Part shown: positions 52,201 through 64,000 of the stretch, in pieces
How the letters are laid out: each line of letters begins with the position of its first letter
How positions within the stretch are numbered: position 1 is the stretch's first letter
NCBI GenBank assembly: GCA_973895155.1
Contig: OZ316897.1
Coordinates: 22,667,455-22,731,454, forward strand
Reading direction: 5' to 3'
Length of the DNA stretch: 64,000 nt
From: Marsupella aquatica
Lineage: Eukaryota; Plantae; Marchantiophyta
Translations under genes and position numbers: made by a program
The notes under the pieces: generated by a model
The model's database searches: none
What the model was told of the DNA's origin: nothing
The model's input: the letters and a program-made list of their open reading frames with translations, nothing else

Positions 52201-53848
52201 TCCTTTACAACAAGTACTTTCTTCTGGTAGCATAAAACAATATAAACGGTTCAGTATTCATCTTTTAGGACTATCACACAATTCCAAGAGTAGACACATG
52301 AAGTAAAAACTAGCTGGTGGTAGGAAGTTGTTACGGTCGTACCCCATCTTGGAACCGAGCAATAAATGCACTTCTCCACGAATCGAATCCCTTTGGAGGA
52401 GTTCTAGTGTCATGTGGAGGAATCTGTGTTTCTCCTCTTGTTTGTGGATCTTCGGGCAAATCCGAGGACAGCCACCATTTCAAATATATTGTCTTCCAGA
52501 CCTAAAGCAGCCAACCAATCAAGAGACAAAAGAAATCATCTCCAAGGCTCCTTTCCAAAACACTTTCCAAAACTTCGAGCCAACGATGCTCTCCATCTTC
52601 GGGCTATTTTCTTTGAATTGCAATAATATGCAGCGGCCATCATTGCACCCCCTTCCACCTTTGCTCTCGGCAACCATTATTAATTTCCAGAAAGATACCC
52701 AACTTGAGAAATGTATACGTCAGAGAGATTTTTACCATGTCAGAGAGCAACACTTCTCTCCATGCTCTGCAAACGGAGGCACAATTGACCAAATAGTAAA
52801 GAGACTCCACGGTGACGAAGCATTGACACAACAGGTCAGGAGGTAGTCTGGACACGCTTGGAATTCCATGTTGCTCTGTCAACCCGTTAGCTTCAATGAA
52901 GTCTTTCCTTCCCGCCAAAGTTTGTGAGTCGCCCGGTCTGCGTGGGCCCTTTCCTGGGTCAGAAAAGAGCTTCTTGCTCTCAGCAAGCGAGGGCCTTTCC
53001 CACCTCGTAAGGGTGGAGACAGTTCTGCTCCCTTCAGGAGTCGATGGGCCCTTGGGTGATGAGGACGGGGCCCTTCTGCTCCCTTCAGCGGTCGAAGGCC
53101 GTTGGGTTGTTCGTCTTTGCAGAAATGGAAGAGGTCTGGTCGCCTGGTGTCCATTTGTTTGCTGTCGGTGAGTCGAAGGGGTTGAAGAAATAGGGCTTCT
53201 ACTTGCGCTGAAAGGAAACAGGAGGCATGATAAACTCGTTGGAAATATCTCTATTCAATGTGGACTGCAACATAGTTTACAAGCAGAGACGAATAGAGAA
53301 AGACATGCTTCCTGAACAAGAGATCAGTTTTTTGGTGTTCGATCAATTGGTTCCCTTCTTGGACCTTTACGAGACCTCTTCTTCATAACTGTAGTATTTT
53401 TGTATGGGACTTCAATCATCACTTAACGAATTGACATACATTTATCTAAGATATAGATAGTGCAATCGAGTCAAATGTCAATGCCATTGCGCTAAAAGAA
53501 AAACCTCATTCAAGAAATAATGCTTGCGCTTATGTGTTAGCCTATTGACGAACGCAAGAGATGATAACATGCTCATCTAAGGTGAGAGCTGTCGTCACAT
53601 CCAACACTCTAACGGAATGAATTAAAGGGATTCCACAACAATGTGGGCCTCCTCCATTTGCCACAAGCCTAATTCGATTCTGGAGAGAATAATCATAATA
53701 TTGATGCAACCAACCTGTTCTGATGCAAAAGCAGGGGGCCTCGAGGGAGAGTTTGATGAAGAGAGCCCAAATCCAGCGATGACGCAGTCCGGTGAGACGC
53801 AGGAGCTGTTCGAGGACGCTGAGTGTCGGAACTATTAGCCTGGGGCAT
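49236..53848 (-). CDS. F-box protein with low-complexity N-terminus and possibly beta-propeller-like C-terminus (multi-exon; 3' end uncertain)
   Basis: Phase-consistent exons 53848-53715 (MPQANSSDTQRPRTAP..), 53207-52736 (F-box: SRLPPDLLCQCF..LVNCASVCRAWREV), 52501-52343 (VWKTIYLKWW..SWRSAFIARF), 52223-52142, 52039-~51933 and ~51819-51595. Further exon-like segments continue down to about 49236. Confidence 0.7.
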
Positions 53849-56800
53849 GATGCCACCACTCTGAATCTATGGTTCTCTCAGCAGCAACAGGCTGTCCGAT
53901 TGACCCGCAATCCGCTTCCAGAAATCCGTTGTCCTTGTGGCCCTTCCCCGGGAAATCCCTGATATTCCGGTCCTTTGCGAGATTATATTCTCAACAAGAG
54001 TGCAATTCCTTTTCCAATGACACTCTAATGCTACTGTCTGCTCGACGCCCACGAGTATCTCCTGTACAAGTTCAAGAAACGCCCAGGGAAGATAAGCGCA
54101 ACACATAAATCGTGACTCAAAGGAGTTTCACAAACGGCTTAAATGGAAGAAATGCACGCTTTGAGCTACACTGGTCTTTCGAATCTGACCAATGTAGATC
54201 ACTTTGGGGATAGAACATAGTGAAGAGGTGTAAGTAACGAGGAGTGCGTTTCTTGAATGCCTCATTTGAATGAGTAGTACAGATGAGCTTTACCGCATAG
54301 GGTTTTCAACACCAGCGTAGAAGAGGACCTGGAAGAAAGCTTGTAGAGTACTCCAATGCCAACCCATCCGGCTAAATATCTGGCCTTCTACCCTCGCGAT
54401 TCTTCTGCAGTATCCCCACAAGGCATTTGTGAACCGTTCAACACCGACCAGAACTGTTGGAGAAGGATTCACCTCCAAATCTACAGTAGAGGAACACAAA
54501 ATTGAGCATTATCCAGTAGCTTCCCTCTTTCGCAATCCAACCTAATCTACACTACACCTGGTACGTGAAGTCTTTAGAAGATGGCACCACTTAGGAGAAT
54601 TTGGATCAAAAACTACAATTTCTGCCTCGTTTACTTACTATGGAGCACCGTTAATCTCCAATTCGCACTCGAATTGCTGTCGGGATCTATGGACCAGAAG
54701 ATGGCTCGCAAATTGTATTAGTGTCTCCAGAAATAGAAGGGTAGACATGAGCCCTGGCTCTTCCCTTCGTCTAGCGTTTCCGTGGAGACTGGGTGCTAGT
54801 GGAAAGTAGTACCGGGAGACTCTCTTGCGTTTGATTGAGTTGGGTGTGAAAGCCCTTAACCCTTACTAGGAACATAACGAAATTCTAAAGAGCGGAGATA
54901 TCATGCCACAACTCCGTGGCAGACAACGGTTGAATTATTACCACCAACAACCAGAAACTGAATCAACCCGTGCCCAATTTCCAATCTCCAGCGGTGCCAC
55001 GGTAGACGCTTCTCATGATTATGTCACAATGTGTTCTTCCCGTTCTACCGGTACGTAACCTGTCATATGGTTGGGTGGAGGAGGGTGCCAAGTGTCGACG
55101 CACCGTGTCCGCTGCTAGGATTTAAGGTTGGCCGTTTCCCACGATTACTCACGCGAACCTCTCCCTCACCTCTGTGCAGTGCTGTTGCATCAAGACAAGG
55201 TGTCTTGATGAATCATTGGAGTGCAAAGAATTAAGGCCAATCACAGGGATTTGCTTGCCCTTACACAAATAGACTTTATGACTTAGCCTTGCATCCAGAT
55301 TACTTCGGACAGTGTCAATGAGTAGATTTAGATGGAAGCTTGCCAACTCTCGCTTCCGATGGCTATGGGAATGAAATGATGGGAGCTTGGACTTTTGTAG
55401 TTTCGTTTTTTTGGACTCCGACGTTTTGAGAGGAGGTTCTCTTTTTAATCAATTCTTCCAAAGAGATGCATGGATTATATTTTAGGCAGACCAACTCTGT
55501 GACCTCTCGCTTAGCACACTTGCAGGCAAAATTTATTTAGGGGGTTTGCTGAACGTATAGACTTAGACTATGGGCTCTGTACCGTCCGACAATTACGTCC
55601 AGGTTTGTATAACTTCTTTGCCATGGATTTCACTAGAGATCTATAAGTACTTCCGTAATATCGTCCAGACAGCGATGTAGAGCATGCACTTTTAGCCATG
55701 CATCTGGAGCCAGTGCCACCTGCTGCTCACGATGATACTGAGGCTGGTATGAAAAAACCCCATAATCTTGGAATGCTCGAGTGAGATCTGTGTCATACTT
55801 CACAAATGACTGTCGACAGAAACGTTTAATCACAAGTTCAAGTAATAATGAGAGATGAATTCCTGTTTCATAGTCAAAAGTACACTTCGTTTCCCGTTGT
55901 TTGGGCTGATTAAGGCACGAGACTAATCGTTGAAGCAATCCCACCTAATGTCGAAGCATCTTCAGTACATCTCAACTTCGACGAACAAAAAATCAAATAA
56001 TTTATATTTTCGAGTCAATTTGACAGTTCTGTTTCCCATTTGAATGGCGGTGTGCCAAAGGCAGAAGGGACCCTCCGAATGACGCCGTCTCCTGCCTAAC
56101 GTATAGGCAACTCGAATATAACCTTCAAAAATATTTAAAATTCCATGAAACTACACCAAGTAGCTGGGACATCAACTTCAAAAATTTCATGTACGGGCGT
56201 TGTTCAGAAAGCAGGCAGCAATATACAAACGACAGAGCAATTGCAAAACCAGCAATTACTCGGGCCACAGAATCAAAACAAGGAAAGGAAGGGACTTACA
56301 GACACTCGACCCAACACGAGAGCGACTACAGACTGATAGAGGTCTTCTCTTGAACATATTATCAGTTACAAATTACATGATGTACAATAGCTGCAACCTT
56401 TGATGCGACCGTCCAGAGCCTTTTCTACACGTGGGGTAGGCGCGAGTTACAAACGATCAGCGTCGAGTGAGAGACAAATTATGCAGCATATGGAGGCTGA
56501 AATGGTAGCTAGAAACCTGAGCTCCTACCTCTTTTTCCCCATCCAAGACTCGGAGGAGAGACAAATAAACCTAAAGTAGTGGCCACCTACTAAGAATCTA
56601 AAAGGACAAGAGCATGAGCAGCAGTGAAGCATAAGTTTAGTTCGAATTCGGGAGACAACCGGCTCATATTTCTCCGGCTCATATTTCTCACCGCCAAAGT
56701 ACACCTCTGTAGCCCATCATGCCTTCTAGGAGAACTCTGGTAGAGAAATTATAGTTAGCCGAAGTTGAGCACATAAAGCCAGAATGTTGAAATTCTCCCA

Positions 56801-56931
56801 ATTCAGACAATTCAAGTGGCATTTTGAAGTAGGAAATTGATGTCACTGGATAACTTAATCTTCACAAAACGCCATTCTACCTGGGAAATTACATTGCTGG
56901 CCAGCAGCATCCGAGCTTCCGCGTGCTCGAC

Positions 56932-57555
56932 CTAAACGAGCTCAAGATCCTTCTCTTTCTCCCTCTCCTCCTCAGCTCTCCTCACCTCCTCCGCCTTCTC
57001 CTCAATCTCTTTGATCAGGTCCTCGCTCCACATCTCATCTCGAGCTGCCCTCTCCTCTCGCTCCAGCTGGTCATAAATCCAGTGCCCGGTGCCGTTGCCC
57101 CCGGCCTTCCTGTAATCCTCGCCGTCATAGAAAACATCACTCATGGACCCGAACACGCAGCATCCCCAGCAGAAGACCAGAGAAAACATCATGTAGAAGG
57201 TCTTGATCGACTCTTCGCTCAGCTCCCACACGCTCCTGTCCGTGATCACCTCCCTCGCGGGATCCAAGTCTACCCTCACTTCGAAATCAGTGAGATTGAC
57301 CAAATCTGTGGCCAGGACCGAGAACGCATGAAGATCGGGCAAAGCTGCCATCGCCACCGACGAGGTTGTTCTTCCCCTGTTCTCATCTCTGGGACCTCGT
57401 CTCCTGAGCGCTCCTGCTCCAGAACTCCATTGCCTCGGTAGAGAGCACCCAGGTTGAAATTGCGAGCTGGGTGTTGGAGAGGGGAGCTGGGGACGAGCGA
57501 GGGATGCGTTCGCGGGTGCTGCTGAGGCTGCGTGAGTGAGAACCGCCATAGCCAT
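56932..57555 (-). CDS. Plastid-targeted single-pass membrane protein of unknown function, intronless
   Basis: 207 aa with an Ala/Ser/Arg-rich transit-peptide-like N-terminus, one hydrophobic helix (FYMMFSLVFCWGCCVFG), an FYDGEDYRKAGGNGTGHWIY motif and a charged coiled-coil C-terminus. Coding-like GC-rich codon usage. Confidence 0.8.
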   Translation of the reverse strand: MAMAVLTHAASAAPANASLARPQLPSPTPSSQFQPGCSLPRQWSSGAGALRRRGPRDENRGRTTSSVAMAALPDLHAFSVLATDLVNLTDFEVRVDLDPAREVITDRSVWELSEESIKTFYMMFSLVFCWGCCVFGSMSDVFYDGEDYRKAGGNGTGHWIYDQLEREERAARDEMWSEDLIKEIEEKAEEVRRAEEEREKEKDLELV

Positions 57556-58256
57556 CTCTCACGGTGCTGCCTCGGGTTCCGTCTGGTCTCTGGTAGAGAA
57601 AAAAGAACTGGGTGTTGTTACTCTATCTTAGCCCTCCCTTTGGTTGAGGCGTTTGTGTGATCAACTTTGAGGCTCTCTACTCCAAGGATCATGAGTGTCT
57701 ATAATAGTGCTTCTCAAGTTGGGTTATCTTATTTATAAATCTCCAACTACAAGTTAGAGTTGGGGCCTAGGCTTCTAGAGTGAAGCCTGAGAGTAACATC
57801 ATGTGAATGAAAAAATTGATGTTTATGATGTATGTCATGTCAAACGATAATCATGATTGCTTTTTGTTATGATTTGTATTTATATTAAAACTTGATCTCT
57901 CCGGCCCCACCATATTATGCATAAGTCCGATGTGGGATAGAAAAACTGAAAGTGAGATGTGCATAGAAAAGAGTACTATGGTATATTATGTATGATTATT
58001 AAAATGATGATATGCATGATAATTTTTTATCATTTCATTAACCTTCAAAACATGTGAATAAGGAATATATTTTGGTGACAATTTTATTGTCCTCCTTGCT
58101 ATTCACGGTCAAAGAACGGGTAGTCGAGGCTAGTTAGTGAAAATTTTGGATTTGTCTTATGTCTCATAACTCTGGTTAAGGGTTATGAGACCACTCAATA
58201 GAATTTTTTAAATGGGGGAGGTAGCATTGACCTGCGCCCCATAAGACAAGAATTAT

Positions 58257-58604
58257 TGTTACTAGGATTTACTCTTAGGTCTAGAGTTACGACTGTACCG
58301 TAGTTAAGACTAACCTTAGTGACAGACTTGGTTAGGTTAGCTATGTTGTGCACACTCTATAACCAAGCGGTGTTTGCTTGGAGAAGGGGAACTCAGGCTC
58401 ATTGTTACGGAGCTAGTTGAGAGATAGAGAGAGCTTGCGATGTGGATGCTTGGTATGGCCGGTCGGCCTAGAGTGCAGTAAAGCTCGTGTATGTTCCCGT
58501 GGACGTAGCCTCATGTGGAGGTGAACCACGTATCTCTCTGTGTTGACTCTTGTGCGTTGGATGGTTCATGGGTTTGCCGTTGCGATTGTCGTCTATGCTC
58601 AACA
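58257..58604 (+). mobile_element. Solo LTR, Ty1/copia-like
   Basis: Starts TGTT and ends AACA, with near-identical 5-bp flanks attat/gttat. It carries a TATA-like ctataa and the plant copia-LTR-type motif cccgtggacgtagcc..gaaccacgta. Confidence 0.7.
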
Positions 58605-59399
58605 GTTATGACCTCATAGCATATATTCTTTTTTCCTCCATTCTTGATCGGTCATTGTCTCAAATGCAGCAGTGATCACCAAATCAAGAGCAAATCCCAT
58701 GTGCTTTCAGTCGCGGCTTTCTGAAGTTCTGGAGTCCTGGATTTCCAGATTTGTGCCTAAAGTTGCTGAAAAGTTACGAGTTAAGTGTTGAGTCAGTGGG
58801 CTTTCCTTACGGTAGTCGAAGATCAGCTCCCATAACTTTTATGTGAGTTCTCATAATATTTGAGTAATGGGAGGGCCTTATCTTGTTAGCGTCAAGCTTT
58901 GAGACACCCAAACAATGTGAAGAGTGACCCATCTCCTAAAGGGGGTACTGGGATGTAATCCTAGAGAGCGATGAGCCCAAGGGGGTTACAGTCCAAGTGA
59001 GGATGCCCATTATTGCCAAGTGAGGATGAGTTTATGAGCACCCAAGTGCATTTGTGAACCTTCATTTTTACGTTACAAAAGTCTCATCTGTTAGTGTCTG
59101 CCATTTGCACCTTATCTTATTTCTTATTCAAATTTGAGAATTTTAGGCCAGGCTGACACCGGGGTAATGCCTCATAACCTCCTTGTATAGACATACAAAG
59201 AACAAAATTCATGAGGGATTTTTGGTGCTGTGATGGTCTTCCTCACAGAATCATCAAGACAGTTTATAGTACACTAGCACTCCTTCACACAAAGGAGTAT
59301 TGGAATAAAGGAAGCATTTGGTTGGGCTTGTTGAATCCTGGAGGCTGCCTCGCCCCACCCGTGTACTAAAACTCATTTCCTTCTCCACTACAATTCACC

Positions 59400-61330
59400 T
59401 CGTCTAAGAGCTACAGCCATACCTTGCAGGCCCTAAAAATCTTGGCCCTTGAAACCTCCTTAATTTTTGGGATAAAGCCTTGAGTGCAAGACCACAGCAT
59501 TGTCTTAGACAGTCATCTTTGATTTTCAAAAGTTGGGACTGCAAAGGCAGGAATGTTCCAACAAAGAAGCCATCAAGCCTGTTAGATGAGGTGTTTCAGG
59601 CACAATTTAATACGCTGCCAGAACATTGGTTTAGGGATGCATACATGCACAACTATAACTGCAATGAGGATAACTGCATTTCATGGATAAGTACACACCA
59701 ACCATGTAGTCCCCTAACAATGTTACTATTTTATTTTGTTGTAAACGCACCCAAATGCAGCTCTCCTAAGTGCATCTGGACTCTCCTGAACAACCAATTA
59801 ATGTATAAGTGCATTTCCACCTATAAGTGTGCATGTCCATTTATGATTTATTGCAAAGAGGACGCAACGAGTTTTTACTGAATTATAAGAGCTTGCAATT
59901 ATTACATTTAGTACTTACATGCACTTATCCAGTTTGTTAGGTGCAATGCCTATTCATGCTAAACTTTAGGGTGTGGGACCTGACAGCAGGTTCACAATGA
60001 CATCACAATTCCAGATTGCAATGCCCGAACCCAGAGTCCAAGTGATTGAGAGGGCAAGACATTGAGCATGGAGGTCTGGCTTGGGGTGGTGGTAGAGCCC
60101 TATTGTAACTTATTTCTCTAAGTGCTCAAAGTGCATACATGTCTTGGAGTTCTTTAATTGTGCACATACCCAGCAGGCATAAATTTAACTCCCTGCACTT
60201 ATTGGGTAGTACACATATAGTGGATAAGTGAAGGCTTTAGGCTCCTTCCAGGGAGCCTGCACTTAGACCCTGTAGACAGTATAGTGGCCTTTGCCTAAGC
60301 TCACACTCCATGAGTGAAAACCCAAGCATTTGCAAGATTGGCCATTCTTCCCCCCCCCCCCGGTTTTGCCCTTTTCTTGCATTTTTTATCTGTTCAATGA
60401 AGTCCTCAATAAACGACAAACAGATCAGTGTGCAATTCTCCCCCGCTATTTGCCCTTGTTTTGCACTTTCTATAAGTGCAATGAGGTCTTCCCTAACCAA
60501 TAAACATATGAACGCAGAACCCTTTACATGAGTACCCCACTTATGGGTAACAGCATTAATTTTATGCTGGATTTCTACCACATGGAGTACGTCCTGCATA
60601 TGCAATAGGGGACAGGGTGTGGGGCAGGGACGTACACTTTGAGCGAAGGCTCAAGAATCTTGCCCAAACATGAGGTGGCAGCTTCTTGAGTGAGACAGGG
60701 TAGCATGATGAATGTCACTCTACTAACAACTGTCAAGGCATTGATAAATGCAAAGTCAGACGGACAAAGGTCATTTAATATGTCGTGCAAACCACATGTA
60801 AGTGCAAGACCCAGGTTTCTTCAAGAGTGTGAAGAGATGACTGTTATTGATTCAAATTACTCCGCAAATGGAGTGAGCAGCATCAGGACTTGTTCCAGGT
60901 GCAGCCACCTCCAACTCCACCACCCCATCCAATATGGTAGGCAAAGAGTGGGAACATTGAATCTCAAGCCAGGGGAACGCCACCCACCTGCACTCCAGCA
61001 CAGCTCACCCCCACAACATGGAAGCTCAGAACGAGGTTCAGAAGCACCAAATTGCCTTTCATAGTTCACATAATCACAAGGATCCTGCTCAATGATTTGC
61101 AATTGCTATACCCTTCCATAAGCAAGGAACGGCCCTTTTTACCAGATTGAAGCGCTTGGTCTAAATATTCGGCCTACACCAAAAAAGGGATGTTTGTCAA
61201 TAATAGTATCCGCACTAATGCCCAAAAAACCTGTTGGACCCATGTTGAAATAGTAGAGTGACCTGGATTGGGCTATAGTTTCCTTCCCTTTGTCCCTGTC
61301 TGGACCCGGCTTTCGTTCCAACCTCGAGCT
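59400..61330. mobile_element. Degraded coding-like block, probable TE relic
   Basis: Consecutive broken minus-strand ORF pieces (60237-60605, 60575-60790, 60857-61102) with Cys-rich stretches and no recognisable intact gene. Confidence 0.3.
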
Positions 61331-61471
61331 GACCATGAACGCAGACTCCTCGTGTAATTTCCATCTCCATATCTGATTATATCACGAGGCGCAAATCTCC
61401 CTTCTTCAGACGCTTTTATCTCCTCTGGTCTTGAGCTCTAGGTCCACAGCTGAACTAAACACCTTCAATTT

Positions 61472-63207
61472 CTACAACAGAGATTCTCCGAAAAGAGCAG
61501 CTGCATTGGCGAAATTAATGTCGTCCCTCTGCTGAACTGTTAGTGGGAACGCGGCCAGAATGGACGAGACATAGCTCAACCCTTCATTTTCCAACGGCCA
61601 GTCTGAGCCAAACAAGATTTGTTGTCCTGGAACGAAGTCTAGGACACTTGGTAGCTGAGACGCTCCAGTGTAGCCAATCTCCACATTAAATGTTTGCAGT
61701 CTCTGAAGAAAGTCTTCACAAGTGGTGCTCGGGAGCTTGTGACTGTAAATTAAGCTTAGCCGCCCGGCAGCGAAGGGAATGAATCCACCTGAGTGAGCTA
61801 AGATCCATTTGATTTTGGGGTACCGCCCAGTTACATTTCTGATCACCAAGTTCGTCGCTGCTCGAGATGTGTCCAGTAAGAATTCCAACGCTGCGCTGGG
61901 CATTCCCGTTTCATCCTTGTCTGATGGTGTAATGTCATCCAACCGCAAAACCTATGTAGTCAGCTAAATTGAGTCTGATAACAAATTCAGCTTAATTACT
62001 CGAAGGAATTTGATCCAATCAAAGCTCGATAAGTGTTTCAGAACAAGATTAATCCATAGCTCAGTGAGAGCGTCATTGACTGAATAGCTCAGCTAACTAT
62101 CAGGCGATTTAATTTATATCATTGGGTACACGACGAAGGATCCGTCAGCTCCGGAATTGCTTTAATCTCCATCGTACGACAAGGCTAAAACACCACTTTT
62201 AATTTCAAGATTTGTTCTTCGAATACAAATTTTGTGACAATTTTTCTGACAACTTATATGCAGCAGTGCTCAATTAGTTTGCAGCAGTGCTCGTCAGCTT
62301 CAGAAGCAGTTTCGTTCGCTTAAACTGACAAGTTTGGTACTGCATTTCGTGAAATTCATTTCAATGACTATGGATCTGGACTCGAGAAATTGACAATGAA
62401 ATTTTCTTCCGTTGTTCGTATCTACTTAATATCGATCAGATGTTGAAATGGCTGATGACAATACATAGTACGACGGAAATTCACCGAGCGATAGGGACGG
62501 ATCCTTGCCAATTACCTACCTTCGTACAAGGAGTTCGGATGGAGGAACGCTACAGCGCTCCGGTCGTTGAGCACTTCCATGAGGGGGTCCAAATCCGGGT
62601 TGCCAAGATACACTCCATTCGAGTTTCCAAGCAGAATCACACCAGCTGCCTTGAGTACATCTAGCGAGTAGATGGCCTCATCAACCGCCCCCTCCACGTC
62701 CGGCAACGTCAGGGTGGCGAAGAACTGGAGCCGGCCCGGGTATTCCACCGACACATCACGCCCGAACTCGTTCAATTTCCGTGCCAACTCTCTCCTCTCT
62801 GCTACCTCATGCGGGGCAAAGAACACCACGCTGGGAACCGAAATTGAGAGAACGGATGTCTTGACGTTGAACTTCGATTGCTCCTCGACGTGATAGCTCG
62901 GACTCCAGACTGGGATCGGTACTCCACCAGAGGTGAGGTTTCTTTTCAACAAAATATCTCTATAGAACGGAGGAACGAAGTGTGCATGCACATCTATACG
63001 CCTCGAATCAGCAGCTCGAACTCCATGATCGCCATCTCCTCCTCCATAAGTTCCTGCGCCTGCAGCTCTCACCATGAAACCATCCGGCCAGCTGAAACTG
63101 AAAATGAAAATCGCCAATTGCAACGTCAGTCTCAAGGCCCTCACCACCGCCATGGTTAGTACGACCATCTTACGAATAGCAACAAGTAAAATGATGGGCG
63201 TCTGCAT
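61472..63207 (-). CDS. Amidohydrolase-2 family protein (6-methylsalicylate decarboxylase / ACMSD-like) with N-terminal signal peptide, 2 exons
   Basis: Exon 1 starts at 63207, 63168 or 63153 and ends at 62520 (G|gtaggt). Exon 2 is 61920..61472 (catcag|AC), giving FLHPNSLYEDKDETGMPSAALEFLLDTSRAA. Metal-site motifs IDVHAH, FLHP, ILAHSGG and LFGSDWP are intact. Also NEFG..YPGR.QFFATL.LPDV and NSNGVYLG.P.LDPLMEVLN. Confidence 0.88.
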
Positions 63208-63226
63208 TCGTCCTGAGTAGCTAGAT

Positions 63227-63384
63227 GCTCGTCCATGTTGATCGAGATGAAGATAGTTGAATGCACGGAGATCACTCGAGAAATCAATAGATTGAGAGAG
63301 GCTCGTCCATGTTGATCGAGATGTAGATAGTTGAATGCACGGAGAACATCACTGGAGAAATCAATAGATTCAGAGAGAAGCTCG
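63227..63384. repeat. Tandem duplication, about 74 bp x2, directly upstream of the amidohydrolase start
   Basis: gctcgtccatgttgatcgagatg.agatagttgaatgcacggaga..atcact.gagaaatcaatagatt occurs at about 63227 and 63301. Confidence 0.85.
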
Positions 63385-64000
63385 AATTGTACTCCGTTCC
63401 TGAGGTTGACACGAAATTTTTCGAGAATCCATGATGGTAGGCCACCTTCCCGAAATGAGCCTCCCTTTAATTGCAGATGAAAATTCTTCACCTAAATGAG
63501 TATTTAGAATAACAATGATTTCATTGCACATCAACAACCGACAATTAAAACTTATTTAGAATAGAATGACTCATTTAGACTAAATAATTGGAACACTCAA
63601 TGATTTAAACAGAATAATTAGAAATATCATGGTATGGTATGAAGTGCCACATTATAGTGCGTCGCAAATTGCTTAATTTGATGTGCAATTAAGGGGACAC
63701 CAAGGATGGTAAACCAAGAGGTCTGCTCTACTTTATACTTTGCCTTTATGCTTTTTCTGACAATGTTTTTCCAACTTCCCCTAAACTAATTTTTTCCAAC
63801 TGTCTTCCCCTTATGGTAACTATATGGTTGTTTCAGTCTCCCAACTCCAATGTTTTTTGGTGATTATTTTTATTTGGGCCTCTGATGGCTGGCTTCCTTG
63901 TTACTTTTGCTATCATTCTGCAAATTACTTGAACCCCCCATATATATTCCATTTATATTTCACATGATGTAGAAATTGATCGAACCCCTTTAAGTTCATT

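Noticed and set aside
61921-61951. Acceptor at 61951 for amidohydrolase exon 2
   Set aside because: It is phase 0, incompatible with the available phase-1 and phase-2 donors. The acceptor before 61920 restores the frame and the expected spacing.

Overview
This is eukaryotic nuclear DNA from a land plant, with GT-AG introns and plant gene families. The gene content and style suggest a bryophyte, probably a liverwort (inference). Eight protein-coding genes are supported: two paralogous, divergent, secreted dirigent-like genes (1.6 kb and 8.9 kb, +); a two-exon DAD1-like phospholipase A1 (-); a seven-exon P2B Ca2+-ATPase (ACA)-like gene (+); a multi-exon PanK-DUF89 pantothenate kinase 2 (-); a multi-exon F-box protein (-); an intronless plastid-targeted membrane protein (-); and a two-exon, signal-peptide-bearing amidohydrolase-2 / aromatic-acid decarboxylase-like gene of microbial type (-). 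The intergenic DNA holds degraded transposon sequence: a 5'-truncated LINE with TSD, a copia-like solo LTR, MITE-like elements, a tRNA-derived SINE-like head, tandem repeat arrays and an SDR pseudogene fragment. The most striking signal is the ACA gene. Its frame and splice sites are intact, yet most invariant catalytic and Ca2+-binding motifs are substituted (DKTGT>DSTGT, TGES>LGES, KDP>EER, GDGxND>GDETND, M5 N>I, M6 N>K and D>E), making it a candidate pseudo-pump or neofunctionalised P-type ATPase. All exon models were derived by eye from splice signals and frame continuity; no database searches were run.
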